Origin: Amoebidium appalachense
Taxonomy: Eukaryota > Protista > Ichthyosporea
Length of the DNA: 64,000 bases
Reading direction: 5' to 3'
NCBI GenBank assembly: GCA_963693365.1
Contig: CAVNZM010000009.1
Coordinates: 5,586,245-5,650,244, forward strand
In this document: in pieces, positions 1 through 15,338 of the stretch
Numbering within the stretch: position 1 is the first letter of the stretch
Layout of the letters: each line of letters opens with the position of its first letter
Notes under the pieces: model-generated
Told to the model about the DNA's origin: nothing
Databases searched by the model: none
Seen by the model: only the letters and a program-made list of their open reading frames with translations
Made by a program: the position numbers and the translations under genes

Positions 1-827
1 CTTGATTGAAACTACGGATGGGTACAATCGATTGCATGCGCTCGACCTGAATCATATAGCCAACAGGATTGCGCGGAAGGATTTGTTTCCTTTCGCGTGG
101 CTGGTGGTGGTAAAATGGGTTTGGGCCATCGCCGGGACCAGGTACCCATTTCTGGCCCGACCGCGAGAGATCGTGTAACTCCTTGGGTAACATGGTGGCA
201 GAACGTGAAAACAGAGCGCGGCAGAAAGGTATGAGAGGTGAATGTGATGTTACCACAAGCCCGACAGTGTAGAAATGAAGACGTTGTGAATAAGGAACGG
301 CCATAAACGTAGAGGAATCGATATATTTTTATTTTATAGGATTAAATTCATCCAATCAGCGAAGTGGCGTCGGCAAACCATCCATTACGTCACCTTAATT
401 GATTTTGCCAATGTTTTCTGGGGCAGTTGGTGCTGCTTCTTCGTTTCTTTTCACTTGTACATGTTGAGTTTAACTTTTCCTCGTTCGCATTTTTCTCAAT
501 ATTTTCCAACCTCTATGCTTTACTTCCTTTGAAACATTGATGGTGTTTTAGTATAGCGATAGTTAAAACTGGATTTTTAAGTGTCTGTCCACTCGGTTCC
601 GACACATTTTCAACCTCACACTCGCTTGCGGACACGCGCTAAGAAACTTACACATATCAATAACACACCTTACCAGCACCCACCCACACATACCCACACA
701 CGCCTAACCATAGACCCACTTGTGCCCAACAACAACTTTTCACTCATACTGCACCATAATGTGGAGGAAGCAGCTTCTAGCAATGTGGGATTGTGTGTAC
801 ATGCGAATACGAATACATAAGCACACG

Positions 828-871
<44 letters not shown>

Positions 872-920
872 TAGACAGACACACACACACACACGCATAC
901 ACACACCCACATACACACAC

Positions 921-989
<69 letters not shown>

Positions 990-3900
990 AACACACATTC
1001 TTATCCCAACGTCGCCTTTACCAGCCCCAGCACGGGGATACTTGAGGTGGTGCCTGCTGACTCATACGATCTCAGGCACATGTGTGTTCCACAGGAGCGA
1101 CTAGACAAAGGTCCTAAGAAAAATCCAAAGCTTGATGAGGCCAAGGGTTCAAAGCCTAATGAGGCAAGGGTGGGTGGGTGGGCAAAAACGTGACACAGGC
1201 AAGGGCCTAAACAGGCCTACCTGCACTGCTGAACCAAAACGGGCAGCCTAAGGAGGCCTGACGTACACTATACTAATGAGCACAGCGACTGAGACGCACA
1301 CAGCAGCCAAAAAGCTCTAAACCAAAGCTTCAAGCTGCACGCAAAACTATTGCGGGCTGGGTCACCTCATTATTCTCATACAATCAAAATGTCCACATAT
1401 GCAGGAACACATTCCTCGACATACTTACACCAATAAACACCTAAACTGCAAATCATATAGACTAGCATACGTACGTCATCAAGTTCTCACTACCGCTATC
1501 ACCTCCATATCTTGCACACAGAGTCCTGTTACTCTGTCTCCGGTGCTGTCCGATGCTCCTGCAAAGAAAAACCGTTTACAAACTAATCATACACACACAA
1601 ACACACACACACCTACCTAACTACCCCATACAGACACAAACGAAGGCAACCAAGACACGTTCTGGCCATGTGAGGGTGCACTTGAGACTAACCACTAATG
1701 CCCATGCCCCCTTACACCCTCCCCCCAGCCCCCCCCCCCCCCCCCCCCTTCCCCTCCAACCCCTTTCCCCCTTCTCCCAACCTAACATACTAGTATCTTC
1801 TGCGTCTCCCTCAAAGTATACCCAGACATACACTTAACAGCAAAAGCAAACTTTGATCAGATGATCAACCGGGTATCTCTGCCACTCCACAATTTCACTG
1901 CAACAGGGCTATCTAATTAGACTTTGCAAAAACAGTTTATCTACGTAGTGAAAGCCAACTTATCTCAGCGTGCCACGGTCAACGGTTCTTGTCCCACTTC
2001 CCTCTGGCCCCACCATCTTCCTCTTTGGTGCCCTTGTCTTGGTTAAACTACTTTAAAAGAACTGGGTTCGCCTGTAAATATCGGCAGCATGTTGTCAATT
2101 GGCATGGTACATGAGGGTAAAGCCAGTGATAGAAGACAGCTGAATCTGTTCCGACATCAGCATTCATTGAAGTTTTTGTACACGTGACCTTAGCCTAGAC
2201 CCACTCAATTCAATGGGTCTTTCACTGTCCGCACATTCATCCTCCCCACTTCCTGAATTTGATGGTTTACTCTCGCCAGCTGTCAGTGCTCTGCATGATC
2301 ACGATCTTTTAAAATGTTTGGAACCCCTAGGAAATCTATCGCGATGTTGCTTCTTGTTTTGTCACCTTAAAAGTTTCACTTGACTCCCGCCCCCAACACA
2401 AGCTGCCTACTGGCCTAGGCTGCACACAAACACATGTTATTATAATAGAGCATGTTCACATCACCACAACCACTCGAGGGAGGATGGACGTGACTCAGAT
2501 TGGCCTCCCACTTGAACGTTGGGCCGGGATGAAACCCAAGCAGCTCGCCGTTGACGTCAGAGGGCCGGTGCTGTTTATGATGTCATGTCTGGCGACTGGA
2601 TTGCCGAAATTACGCGTGCTGCACGACGTGGTCTGGGGTGATCGCTTCAGGGGGACGACCAGACCGATGAACACGAGTGAGCACTACAGTAAAATTAAAA
2701 AATCCGGACAGATTTCAACACCTTTTGGTAGCGATCAAGTATACACATTTTTTTATTAGGTAAAAAAAAAAATAATAATTACCAGAGTTACTAATATATG
2801 TATATAGGAAAGTTGACGAAAATAAGCCTTTTTTGCTAGCAACGGCGGTGATCATTTTACCTGCCCATTTTCGATTATTTTTAATTCCCGGACAGCAGAA
2901 ATCGATGATCCGGCGGACGCGGGGGTCGCGCACGTGGTACCGGCCCGGGTGGACTGCATCCGTGGTGTGGCATACAGCGGCTTTGTGCACATAATAAATA
3001 GTATTCAAGTCAGTCTCAAGCCTTTCTCGTGGATTTACAAAGCAAATAGTCCCCGCTAGCCTCTCTGATATGGTTTACGACTGGAGTCATCTGTCCACTA
3101 ATTAGTCGAGCGAGAGCTCGGTGATGCCGCGGAGTGAGGCCTAGGCCTAGGCCTGGCCGGCGGCAGCAGTGTCCGACCGTCCTGGCGCGTATATCATGAA
3201 CTCTACCAATAAAAATATCACTAGTATGCATAAATTTTTATGTAAAAATAACTATTACACGGCGGGCATCGGAATCAGGCGATGGACAACCGAACTCTGA
3301 TTGCCGCGGCCAGGGTTACGAATCATTAAAAAGGCGATAAAAATGTAAAACCTCTGGTGAGGTTATATCACGACATCCAATGGCCATGGCTCAAACGATG
3401 TCATAATGCAATTATGGCTCCAAGGCTTTTCATATGTATGGCCTCAGGAGCCCTTTCGTTTCCTCTTCGCGAAAAGCTTAGCGTACAAAGATTGTTAGAA
3501 TTTGATGCATAGAGAAAGTGACCAAGCCATCATATAACATTTGAATTGGTGACTTACCTCGCTAAGCCTTGCCAGTTCGGGCAGGCCAAGCATGCTTCAA
3601 ATTCTGGCCACTGAATACTCGATCCAGGATATATTGCAATGTGAACTAGCTTGTAACAGCCTGAGGATGCGGACATACGAAAATATATAAAGTATTTATA
3701 TATGTATGTATGTACAATATAGACATATATTTCATAAATATGTTCTACATCTGTGGCCCGATTCGAATCGCCGCACACCACTGATTAGGCTTGTGCTCAT
3801 TGGATTACGAGAACCAATCGATCAGATTGCTTAAAAGCGCAAGCTTTGCATGATTTTGCATGGCAAAAGTTCTTATCGTTGTTAGGAGGGCAAATATAGG

Positions 3901-5768
3901 GTAAAACATTAGGATTTATGTTTTTTATAAACCAAACGGTTGGATTACATAAAGCTACTTAAAAATAGAATTAGACATATATATAGCGCAATTGCTTGGC
4001 ACCCCCAGAGACCAACAAATCCTCTAACATCTCCCCCCCCAACCCCTGAATCATCCTATTCAATATCAGCAAACTTCCCCGTGGTATTGCCAATATTGTG
4101 AGGCTATTATCTATTGCCAATATCGTAAAAACACCAGATTAATACTGAAGTAATATCAATTATCCATTGCCAATGTATTGCGAGTAGAGATTTTCTGTGG
4201 TAGAGACGCTATAGAAGTGTAATAGAACTGTAATATTGACGTAATATCGGCATAATATTTTTATATTATTGTCATACCATGTCAGGTCTACCACCAATAA
4301 CTATATACCGTATGAGTAATGTACTGGCAATATCCCAAAATGCGTGTACGTGTGCCTATTAACAATACAATTTCGATATTGTCAACGTACTTATTCGGTA
4401 TTATACTATTGCTTGCGGAGTATTGTCAATACGTTATGAATATATAAAATGTAGGACAATTTTGTGTCAAATTAGGGTATTGTCCAACGTGGCAAGACTA
4501 TTGCCAATATATTATAAATGTATTTTTCCTGACCATTTTGGGATATTGGCAATATACCCAACCCATATGTCCCATATGGCCGATACAAACATAATGTCGC
4601 TATTGGTTATAGGGTTATGATATGATTATAATAGGATCTCAATTCGGTCGAAATGTATTGCCAATGTATCCGTCACAATATCAATACTATTATGCACCTA
4701 TTATCAATAGGTAAAAGCAACCGAAAATATGGGGCGTGTATTTTATTGCCAATATATTGGTAAAATATTGGGGATGAAAGATCAGGTCACTTTACCTATG
4801 TAGTCGCAATATTGTGAATGTATTGCCAACACATGTTCAACAAACATGTTCGGAGTGTAGTCCTTGTATGCGCAGTACATTGCTAATACCGTGGTATTAG
4901 GGTGGACATATACTGACATTATGTAGATCATATCCTACCCATATCACATCCATATTAGTAGAACATAAACATGATATAGCAAGAAAACTTTTATCCTATT
5001 GCGAATATCTAAGGCACAAGTGGTATTGGCAATGTCACGAATACATCTATAATACTGTCACCAATACGGACACAGCTAAGGACACCATATATTGGTTATA
5101 GTCTCAGTATATACTGCCAGTATGTTCGAATGCGAACAAATCAGTACGTAGGAGGTACTATCAATATACTACCAGTACCTGTACGATATACACACGTCAT
5201 ATACAATACGTTTGCAGTATATTATGGGTGCATTTCCGTACCAAGATTGAGAAGGGCAACGGCCATAACAAGTGGTCCTCACGTTTTTAGCACCTCAAAA
5301 TATAAAAGTTCTTTGTTTTGAATACTGTTCCTGGGGAAGATGTTCCCGTGGTCCGTGGTACAAACGTCACCGAACGTCCTACCATTAAACCTTTCACCAG
5401 CCTACATCCTGTGTAAGCTGTAGGGTATAAAACTTGAAGTAGCATAAAGGATAATACAGGAAAGTAATGACAACACCCCCCCCCCCCCCCCCCCCAACCC
5501 AACCCAACCCTAAAAAAAATATTAAAAAAACCTGGAGGAATAGAGTAAAAATTCTGAAATGCAAATCTAAGAGAACTCGCAGTCCCTACACACGTCCCCG
5601 AGACGCATCAAAGTTTACAGCATCCCCCCCTCCTCCCCCTCCATTTTGTTTTAGTCCTATGTCTTTATGCCCCTTTGTTACTTGCAATACTTTTCTTTCT
5701 TCGAAACATCCCTCACTCCCCTCACCCCCTTCCCCCCCAAACCCATCACCACGGACGCTGCCAGTGTA

Positions 5769-5906
<138 letters not shown>

Positions 5907-6797
5907 CCACCCACCCATGCATACACGCACACACACAAACATCCCCTTCTTCCTCTCAACTCTCTACCCTCTTTTACGTTTCACTGTGTGTTTCCTCTCT
6001 CGTTCTAGCACCAGTTTTGCTAACCGTTACAAACTTCACCTACTCTTGTTCAAGCCTCGACTGGTTGCTGAAATCACCTCCTTTCCTTGTCCTTTTATGA
6101 CCCCCCCCACCCCTCCTCTCCCCCCCCCCTCCCCCCCCCCCCCCCTTCCCGGCTGAAGCCTTAGTCTGTACTGAATAATCTCTGTCCTTGTGACCCACCC
6201 TCTCGTCCTTCACTCCCCCCCCCCCCCCCCCCCTTCTTCCTGCCCGGTTCCCCCCATACCTGTTCGCCTCGATTACTTGCAGTATTTCTTCTTATCCCTC
6301 CCCGATAACTATTAATTTTTTTCCCTCTTCTCCCATTGATCCTGTTTTGGTTCTGTGTCCCTCTATTCCAATGTCCTTTGCGATGCTTTGCTTCTTTGGC
6401 TGCCACCCTCGAATGCACACATCATCACCCCCCCCCCCCCCCCCCCCCCCCTTCCCTCTCGTTCCAGCGCCGGTTTTACCCATTATGGACTTAACCTGCT
6501 TTTGCTCAAGCCTCCACATGTCTGAAATTCTACCCCTTTCTCTCGTACTCTTTACCACCACCCCCCCCCCCCCCCCCTCTTGTCCTCCTACTACCCCTCT
6601 CCCCCCAAAAAAACACACACGCACACAGATACACACACACACACACACACACACATAACACACACAGCATTCGACACCGTCCAATCTTGTTCTCACCAAG
6701 GCATCCACATGCTCGCACACAATGCAAAAACATGCACTCCAAAAACATGCACTCACACACACGCACGCACATGCACACCGGGACACACACACACACC

Positions 6798-6859
<62 letters not shown>

Positions 6860-6879
6860 ACACACACACGACGTACACT

Positions 6880-7087
6880 GACATGCTCACACACACAAAC
6901 ACACAACACACACACACACACATACAGAGAGACACACACACATATGCACACACACGGTGCATTTCCTCCCCTCCCCTTCCCTCTCCACAGAGCACACACA
7001 CACACACACGTGCACACATGCACACACACGGTGCATCCCCCCCCCCCCCCTTCCCTCTCAACTGAGCACATACACACACACATACAT

Positions 7088-7144
<57 letters not shown>

Positions 7145-7287
7145 CACACATGCACACATGCACGGACACGAATCCCCCCCTTGCCCTTCCCTCTCCACCG
7201 AGCACATGCACACATGCACAGACATGCACATACACACACACACCACACACGACGCACACAGACATGCACACACAGACAAACACACAA

Positions 7288-7343
<56 letters not shown>

Positions 7344-7483
7344 TGCACACACACGGTGCATTTCCTCCCCTCCCCTTCCCTCTCCACAGAGCACACACAC
7401 ACACACACGTGCACACATGCACACACACGGTGCATCCCCCCCCCCCTTCCCTCTCAACTGAGCACATACACACACACATACAT

Positions 7484-7530
<47 letters not shown>

Positions 7531-7673
7531 CACACATGCACACATGCACGGACACGAATCCCCCCCTTGCCCTTCCCTCTCCACCGAGCACATGCACACA
7601 TGCACAGACATGCACATACACACACACACCACACACGACGCACACAGACATGCACACACAGACAAACACACAA

Positions 7674-7735
<62 letters not shown>

Positions 7736-7900
7736 CACACACACGGTGCATTTCCCCCCTCCCCTTCCCTCTCCACAGAGCACACACACACACGTGCACA
7801 CATGCACACACACGGTGCATCCCCCCTCTCCCCCCCTTCCCTTTCAACTGAGCACATACACACACACAGACATACACACACACACAACATACACAGACAT
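6880..7900. repeat. CA-rich higher-order tandem repeat, ~390-bp unit, ~2.5 copies
   Basis: Blocks CACGGTGCATTTCCTCCCCTCCCCTTCCCTCTCCACAGAG (~6952, ~7353, ~7740) and CACGGACACGAATCCCCCC (~7161, ~7547) recur. Confidence 0.8.
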
Positions 7901-8186
7901 CCACACATCAGACACAGACACGCATACACACACACACACACACACATGCACATATGCACACCCAGACACACACACATGCACATGTACACTCACACATGCA
8001 CACACACACACACACGCAAACACGCACACACACACACACATACAGATATGCACACACACACACTGTCTCTCTCTCTTTCTCTCCCTCCCTCCCTCCCTCC
8101 CTCCCCCCCCTCCCTCCCTCCCTCCCAACCATCCCTCCCTCCCTCCCTCCGTCCCTCCCTCCCTCCCTCCCTCCCTCCCTCCCTCC

Positions 8187-8231
<45 letters not shown>

Positions 8232-8299
8232 ACACACATGCACATGCACATGCACATGCACATGCACATGCACACTCACATATGCACTCACACACACAC

Positions 8300-8334
<35 letters not shown>

Positions 8335-9169
8335 GACATGCACACACTCTCTCTTTCTCTCTTTCTCTCCCTCCCTCCCTCCCTCCCTCCCCCCTCCCTC
8401 CCTCCCTCCCTCCCAACCCTCCCTCCCCTCCCTCCCTCCCAACCCTCCCTCCCTCCCTCCCTCACACATACACACACACACACACACACGTACACACGTA
8501 CACACGTACACATATAACCCTCTCTTCTCTTATGTAGTATCGTAGGAACGCTTGACAAAGGTACTACACGGGTGTTGGTTGGATGATGACAGTACATGTA
8601 CCAGTGGGATAGATGCTGTTTACTCCAGGCAATGTACCAGTGTGTCGATTGATTTAGCTAATATTAGATCTATGTTTAGCTGTGTGTTGTTTTTTCTCCT
8701 TTTTGTATTTAAGGCCTGGCCGGCCTCATAAAATGCTATCTAATCTTACTCGAGATTGAGCTTTTTTTGGCCTTGAAGGCCGATCTTAATAAAGTACTGT
8801 GAATGTGTCCCCTGATGAGGGACTCTAGTCGATATATCTGCAAAACGACCCCCCCCCCCCCCCCCCCCCTTAAACACACACACACACACACGCACACACA
8901 CACGCACACACACACACACACACAAACACAAAAACAAACAAAAAAGAAAGAAATAAAGAGCGAGAGAATCCTTGTTTCTCGTATGTTACCAGCACGTAAG
9001 CAAGTATTTTATTCATTCACAATACATTGTTAGGTATGTTAGTATATTATGGTGTTATTATTTTTTGGTTTACAATATGGTGTCCACGTTCCCAATATAT
9101 CGTTATTGTCGACCAACTACTATGGTAGTATAATGCTATGATGACAATTTGTGCATGCGTTACTTATAA

Positions 9170-10945
9170 GCATCGGGTTTTTTCACTAACTACCCACAGA
9201 GTAGCTTCTAGCACGATAAATTCACCACAAATTATAAGGGGAGATGGTGAATGTGCCCTTGGAGTACGAGGGTCACACGAAAAAAACACAACGTTGTAGC
9301 TCGTATAGAACCCCCCTTGTAGCACAGTATATGTCCATGTTCAACCTAGGCATTTTTGGTTTTTTCAATAACTACCCACAGAACAGCCTCTCGCCCGAGA
9401 AATTTACCACAAAGTTTATGGGGGGGATGGTGAATGTGCCCCTGGAGTACGAGGGCCACACGAAAAAAACACAAGGTTGTAGCTCGAATAGAACCCCCCT
9501 TGTAGCATAGTATATGTACATGTGTTACTTACACATTATTGGTTTTTTCAGTAACTACCCACAGAACAGCTTCTAGCACGAGACATTTACCGCACAGTTT
9601 ATGGGGGGGATAGTGAATGTGCCCCTGGAGTACGAGGGTCACACGAAAAAAACACAACGATGTAGCTCGAATAGAACCCCCATTGTAGCATAATATATGT
9701 ACATGTGTTACTTACACATTATTGGTTTTTTCAATAACTACCCACAGAACAGCTTCTAGCACGAAAAATATACCAAAACGTTTATTGGGGGGATGGTTAA
9801 TGTGCCCCTGGAGTACGAGGGTCACACGAAAAAAACACAACGTTGTAGCTCGAATAGAACCCCCCTTGTAGCATAATATATGTACATGTGTTACTTACAC
9901 ATTATTGGTTTTTTCGATAACTACCCACAGAACAGCTTCTAGCACGAGAAATTTACCACAGAGTTTATGGGGGGAATGGTGAATGTGCCCTTGGAGTACG
10001 AGGGTCACACGAAAAAAACACAACGTTGTAGCTCGTATAGAACCCCCCTTGTAGCACAGTATATGTCCATGTGTTCAACCTAGGCATTTTTGGTTTTTTC
10101 AATAACTACCCACAGAACAGCCTCTCGCCCGAGAAATTTACCACAAAGTTTATGGGGGGGATGGTGAATGTGCCCCTGGAGTACGAGGGCCACACGAAAA
10201 AAACACAAGGTTGTAGCTCGAATAGAACCCCCCTTGTAGCATAGTATGTGTACATGTGTTACTTACACATTATTGGTTTTTTCAATAACTACCCACAGAA
10301 CAGCTTCTAGCACGAGACATTTACCGCACAGTTTATGGGGGGGATAGTGAATGTGCCCCTGGAGTACGAGGGTCACACGAAAAAAACACAACGTTGTAGC
10401 TCGAATAGAAACCCCCCTTGTAGCATAATATATGTACATGTGTTACTTACACATTATTGGTTTTTTCAATAACTACCCACAGAACAGCCTCTCGCACGAG
10501 AAATTTACCACAAAGTTTATGGAGGGGATAGTGAATGTGCCCCTGGAGTACGAGGGTCACACGAAAAAAACACAACTTTGTAGCTCGAATAGAACCCCCC
10601 TTGTAGCATAATATGTGTACATGTGTTACTTACACATTATTGGTTTTTTCAATAACTACCTACAGAACAGCTTCTAGCACGAGACATTTACCACAAAGTT
10701 TATGGGGGGGATGGTGAATGTGCCCCTGGAGTACGAGGGTCACACGAAAAAAACACAACGTTGTAGCTCGTATAGAACCCCCCTTGTAGCATAGTATATG
10801 TACATGTGTTACCTAGACATTATTGGTTTTTTCAATAACTACCCACAGAACAGCTTATAGCACGAGAAATTTACCACAAAGTTTATGGGGGGGATGGTGA
10901 ATGTGCCTCTGGAGTACGAGGGTCACACGAAAAAAACACATCATT
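9170..10945. repeat. ~183-bp tandem satellite, ~10 copies
   Basis: TAACTACC(C/T)ACAG recurs at 9187, 9369, 9552, 9735, 9918, 10103, 10286, 10470, 10653, 10836; a decayed extra unit lies near 11000-11100. Confidence 0.97.
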
Positions 10946-11390
10946 ATAGCCCGGATTGAAACCCCCCTTTTACCATATATATCATATATGATGATGCGGC
11001 ATGTGTTAGTTTCGCGTTATTGGTTTCCTAGCACGAGATATTCAGCACACAGTTGGGGTTGTGGGGGCAGTGTACACCTACAATATCAGGGGTACCGTGC
11101 GGCAAACCCCCCCCCCCCCCCCCCCCCCCCGGGGGGAGGGGGTCACGCGTGCGATGGTGCACTTATTATTACGTTAACTAGGCAGGGTATAGCATCAACG
11201 TTATTATATGTGCTGCTGAGTTTCTTTGGTTGTACACCCGTCACCAGTCAATTTATTGGTGTTGGCGCCCACCTGTGACACCACCTCGGAAGACTGGGGT
11301 CACATGTGTGGTGCACACGGTGGGTAAATATCATCAAACTGTAGCTGCAAAAGAATGTGCAATTATGCATCACTGTCTGGTATTTGCCTA

Positions 11391-11422
<32 letters not shown>

Positions 11423-12087
11423 CCCCCCCCCCCCCCCCCCCCCCCCACCGGGCCCCTCCCCCCCCCCCCCCCCCACCCCAGGCCGCCTCTCCACACCACA
11501 CACACACGCACCACACACACACACACTGCTGCAGAGCTACATGGATGCCTTCACCATCACGCGTGACGATATTTAATTAGTATTGGTGATATTGTACCAA
11601 TACGTGACGTATATTGGTAATAGATAGTACATAGAATATATATATCACACGAATATAAATAATACGAGAGCCATATGGGGACCCCTTCCTGAATCGTACG
11701 CACGCGTGTATACGTCGCGTTGAAGTTGTACTCCATCAACCAACTATTAACATAACAACGAATACACAGGCCTGCCCGGGTGTACATACACGTCTGGGTG
11801 TTCACATCTTCCCCCACACATGACCTTTCTACGTAAAACGGGGATAGGCCTCGAGTAAACAGCGTTAACGTTATAACTTAAGCTCCGTCGGAACGTATGG
11901 CAACGGTGTCCGAAATATGTCCACCATATCGCCAACCTCACCGATCCGCCGAGAATCGATCCAATCACATTATGTACACCATGGGAATCCGCTTCTGATA
12001 GCAAATAGTGATTGGCTAAACCCAATCCGGTTTGCAATTTTTTGTCCGTTTAAGCCTGTACGCACGTTGTTTGCTCCATTTCTCTTC

Positions 12088-12772
12088 CCCCTTCCCGCAG
12101 GTCCGCAGGTGCTTTCCCGCAGGTCGCCTGGTCGCAGGTCCCTTCCCGCAGGTCGCCTGGTCGCAGTTCCCTTCCCGCAGGTCGCCTGGTCACAGGTCCC
12201 ATCCGCAGGTCGCGCAGCCACCGTGCTGAATGGTTTCGACCATGGCTTCTTCGCCTAACAGCTGAAAGGCCGTTTGAAGGTTAGTTTTGTGTTGCCTGCT
12301 TTTGTGCAAGTGGCGTTTGTCTGTCTGGTCTGTGTCCGTCCGTGCCTGTGAATATGTCTGTGTCTGTGTCTGTGTCTGTGTGCGTGTGTGTGCATGTGTG
12401 TGCGTGCGTGTGCGTGTGCCTGCTGGCTGCAGATGCACGTTGCCTTTTCACGTTCATGAACCAGCGACTGTGGGCACTACTTTTGCTGTTAGCACTATAG
12501 CTATCATCCCCTCCCCCAGTCGTTCAAGCTATTTTCTGCTTCTCTAGACTTCATAAGTTCTGGTCCGGGTTTCCGTCCTTACTAAGTTTGAGGTTGGTTC
12601 TGTCGACTCTTTTTTTGCCCTCCGCAGGTCGCGCAGCCACCGTGCTGAATGGTTTCGACCATGCTGCATGCTGCAGCTTCTTCGCCTAACGGCTGAAAGG
12701 CCGTTTGAAGGTTAGTTTTGTGTTGCCTGCTTTTGTGCATGTGGCGTTTGTCTGTCTGGTCTGTGTCTGTGT

Positions 12773-12814
<42 letters not shown>

Positions 12815-13014
12815 GCCTGCTGGCTGCAGATGCACGTTGCCTTTTCACGTTCATGAACCAGCGACTGTGGGCACTACTTTTAAGTTAGCACTATAGCTAT
12901 CATCCCCTCCACCAGTCGTTCAAGCTATTTTCTGCTTCTCTAGACTTATAAGTTCTGGTCCGGGTTTCCGTCCTTACTATGTTTGAAGTTCGTTCTGTCG
13001 ACTCTTTTTTTGCC
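12088..13014. repeat. Short CCCTTCCCGCAGGTCGCCTGGTCGCAG repeats followed by a ~420-bp tandem duplication
   Basis: CCGCAGGTCGCGCAGCCACCGTGCTGAATGGTTTCGACCATG starts at ~12203 and ~12622; the similarity runs to GTCGACTCTTTTTTT in both copies. Confidence 0.9.
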
Positions 13015-14367
13015 ACTCTAGAGGTGGGTACCGGCTCTTTGTCCTATGGCTGCTGTTGTTTCTGTTTTTCGTTTCTGTGTTGCCCCAGCCCAGCCTGTTG
13101 TGCTTGTGTGGTAGTTTTCTTTTTTCTTCTTTTTTCATCTTTTTTTGTCATGATTCTTTTTAGTACTTTTTGTTTGCATAAGAGTAATGTTGATACGAGA
13201 TGCGAGATAAAGTAGATAGTAGAGAATGGATGCCACCTGGGGTGGTATGTTAGTTGTGTTGTTAACAAGTTGTGTGCTGTAGGATGCCACCTGGGGTGGT
13301 ATATTAGTTGTGTTGTTTACTTGTGTGCTTGATGCCACTATCCAACCGAAGTTAATAAAGTGACCATACGGAACACGTATGGATGTCGACATGTGCAATA
13401 CATTGGCAATTCATTGACAATGATCATGGGGCTGTGCTTACCGTACCGTGTGCATATTGCCAATATATTGAGCATGTGATTGAGGTATCAATAAAGTTAT
13501 TATTAATACATTGGCAATGTTCGTCATACGTATTATTCTTAGATATAAGACGTTACTCCGATATGCCTTTCATATTATAAGCGCACTTATACTGTACTTT
13601 GCATGCATTCGTTCCCATTATCAATTTATTGGCAATGTATTTGGATAATATAGTGTGATATTTATAATATATATGTAATGCATTATCAACACTTATATCT
13701 TTATGGTGGTGGTATCATTCGTATGTTGGCAATATATGCTTGATATGGAACATACTTACATATGTCTTATTTGTAATGTGTTGGGAGTGTATTAATCATA
13801 CCTCTGTTTATGTCATCAATATACTCACGATATATAAGCAACCTATCGGCGATACCGCATTTATATATTGATTATAGTTGGATCATACGTTGGCAATACA
13901 TTGTTTATATGTTTCTTGATATTTAAATCTTTGTATTTCTATGAATTACATATTGGCAATACATTAATAATGCGTTCATAGTGCAACTACAATGCGAAAA
14001 TACAGTATTATCCATATCATTATCTGTATTTTTGATATTATTTGGTTGTTATTGTAATATCGCCCGGGTATAATTGATATTGGCAATACGTCTATAATGC
14101 TAGCGCAATAGTAATGCAATGGCAATGTAATGGCACCCTAATGTATTGGCGATATTGATGTAACATATACTGGATAATATATTCATATCAGCGGGATATC
14201 GACAATAGAGGGTATTGGTACTGTATTACCATTGACAATACCAAAGCAATATTATTGCAATATGGCGTTCCTATTGGCGGCAAGGGGTTCTATTGCCAAT
14301 ATCGCCAATAGCGCCAATAGCAAAAAATACGTTGGCAATACTTCCGGGAAGTTTGCTGATAAAGTTT

Positions 14368-14738
14368 TGTATCTTCAATGAGAAGGCAAACTTTGTTTTT
14401 TGTAATTTTCGACCCTTGGCACCGATCAGAACCCCCTCAAACCTATATTTAAATGAAAGTTAATTTATTGTCTATCGAACGGTACCATTTGTTTGTTAGC
14501 GACGCGCTAATAGAAAAAGTTTTCTTAGGATCAGTGCGTTTTCTAAGACATTTCGATTAAAGAAACGTTTTTACCAAATGACGACTGATTTCAATCCTTA
14601 GGATTGACCAATCATCAGATCGATTTGGTCCCAGATAAATATATAAAATTATAATATCCGCTAACCATTGAATTTTAAAGTTAGGTCAATCGATGCCGAT
14701 TGAACTTTAATTTCGTTTGTCTTCTCATTGAAGATACA
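14368..14738. mobile_element. MITE-like element (~370 bp)
   Basis: TGTATCTTCAATGAGAAGGCAAAC (14368-14391) and its inverted copy GTTTGTCTTCTCATTGAAGATACA (14715-14738), 23/24 match; AT-rich non-coding interior. Confidence 0.75.
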
Positions 14739-15338
14739 TATTAGGGTACCAGATCTGCACGTCTGACACATGTCTTATGATGGAATATACTATTAGTAAG
14801 TGTATAGAAAATAAAAATAAATACTTATTGATTTTGTGATGAGGCAAGGTGACACTGTGTGTTTGCTGCTTATTGATAATAAATTGTTTTTAGACTTTTG
14901 TTTTCCAACTTGCATCAACCGTTTTTTAGATTTCATACACCCTACTCTGTTGTCCTACTATGACGTCAGATGCTCGCCGTGTATATGTTTGCCTACATTT
15001 AATGGGGGGTTTTTTTTTTAAAAAAACATTTTCTTCAATTTTGGGGCCTTTTTACACACACCAGGGTCGTGATTTCCTTCCAATTCCCACGTGTTTTTCA
15101 AGATCGTGCTGTTTGTAACCGCCGCCGCCATCAGCCCGTATCAACCGCGGAACCCTGACCCCCTTGGCGTCCCCGGCTTCCTCTTGGTGTATACTGTCCA
15201 GCGATACCAAAAAGTGTGGGGGGGGGCTTTTTAATATTTTTGTGGGAGTTATAAGGATTTAACCGAAGGTACCTCCATCTTGTCCGGTTTTTTCAACGGT
15301 TCGGATTATCCGATTTTACTGTAATGGAAAATAAAAAT

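Noticed and set aside
997-3800. Possible exon or transposase fragments (e.g. 997-1190, 2170-2290, 3555-3680 with a GTAAGT donor)
   Set aside because: Short, stop-interrupted and without a recognisable motif; would need a translated homology search.
9170-10945. 183-bp array as a CRISPR array or a 61-codon repeat protein (ORF 9244-9510)
   Set aside because: There are no unique spacers or cas genes, the context is eukaryotic, the consensus unit has stops in all six frames and unit lengths vary (182-185).
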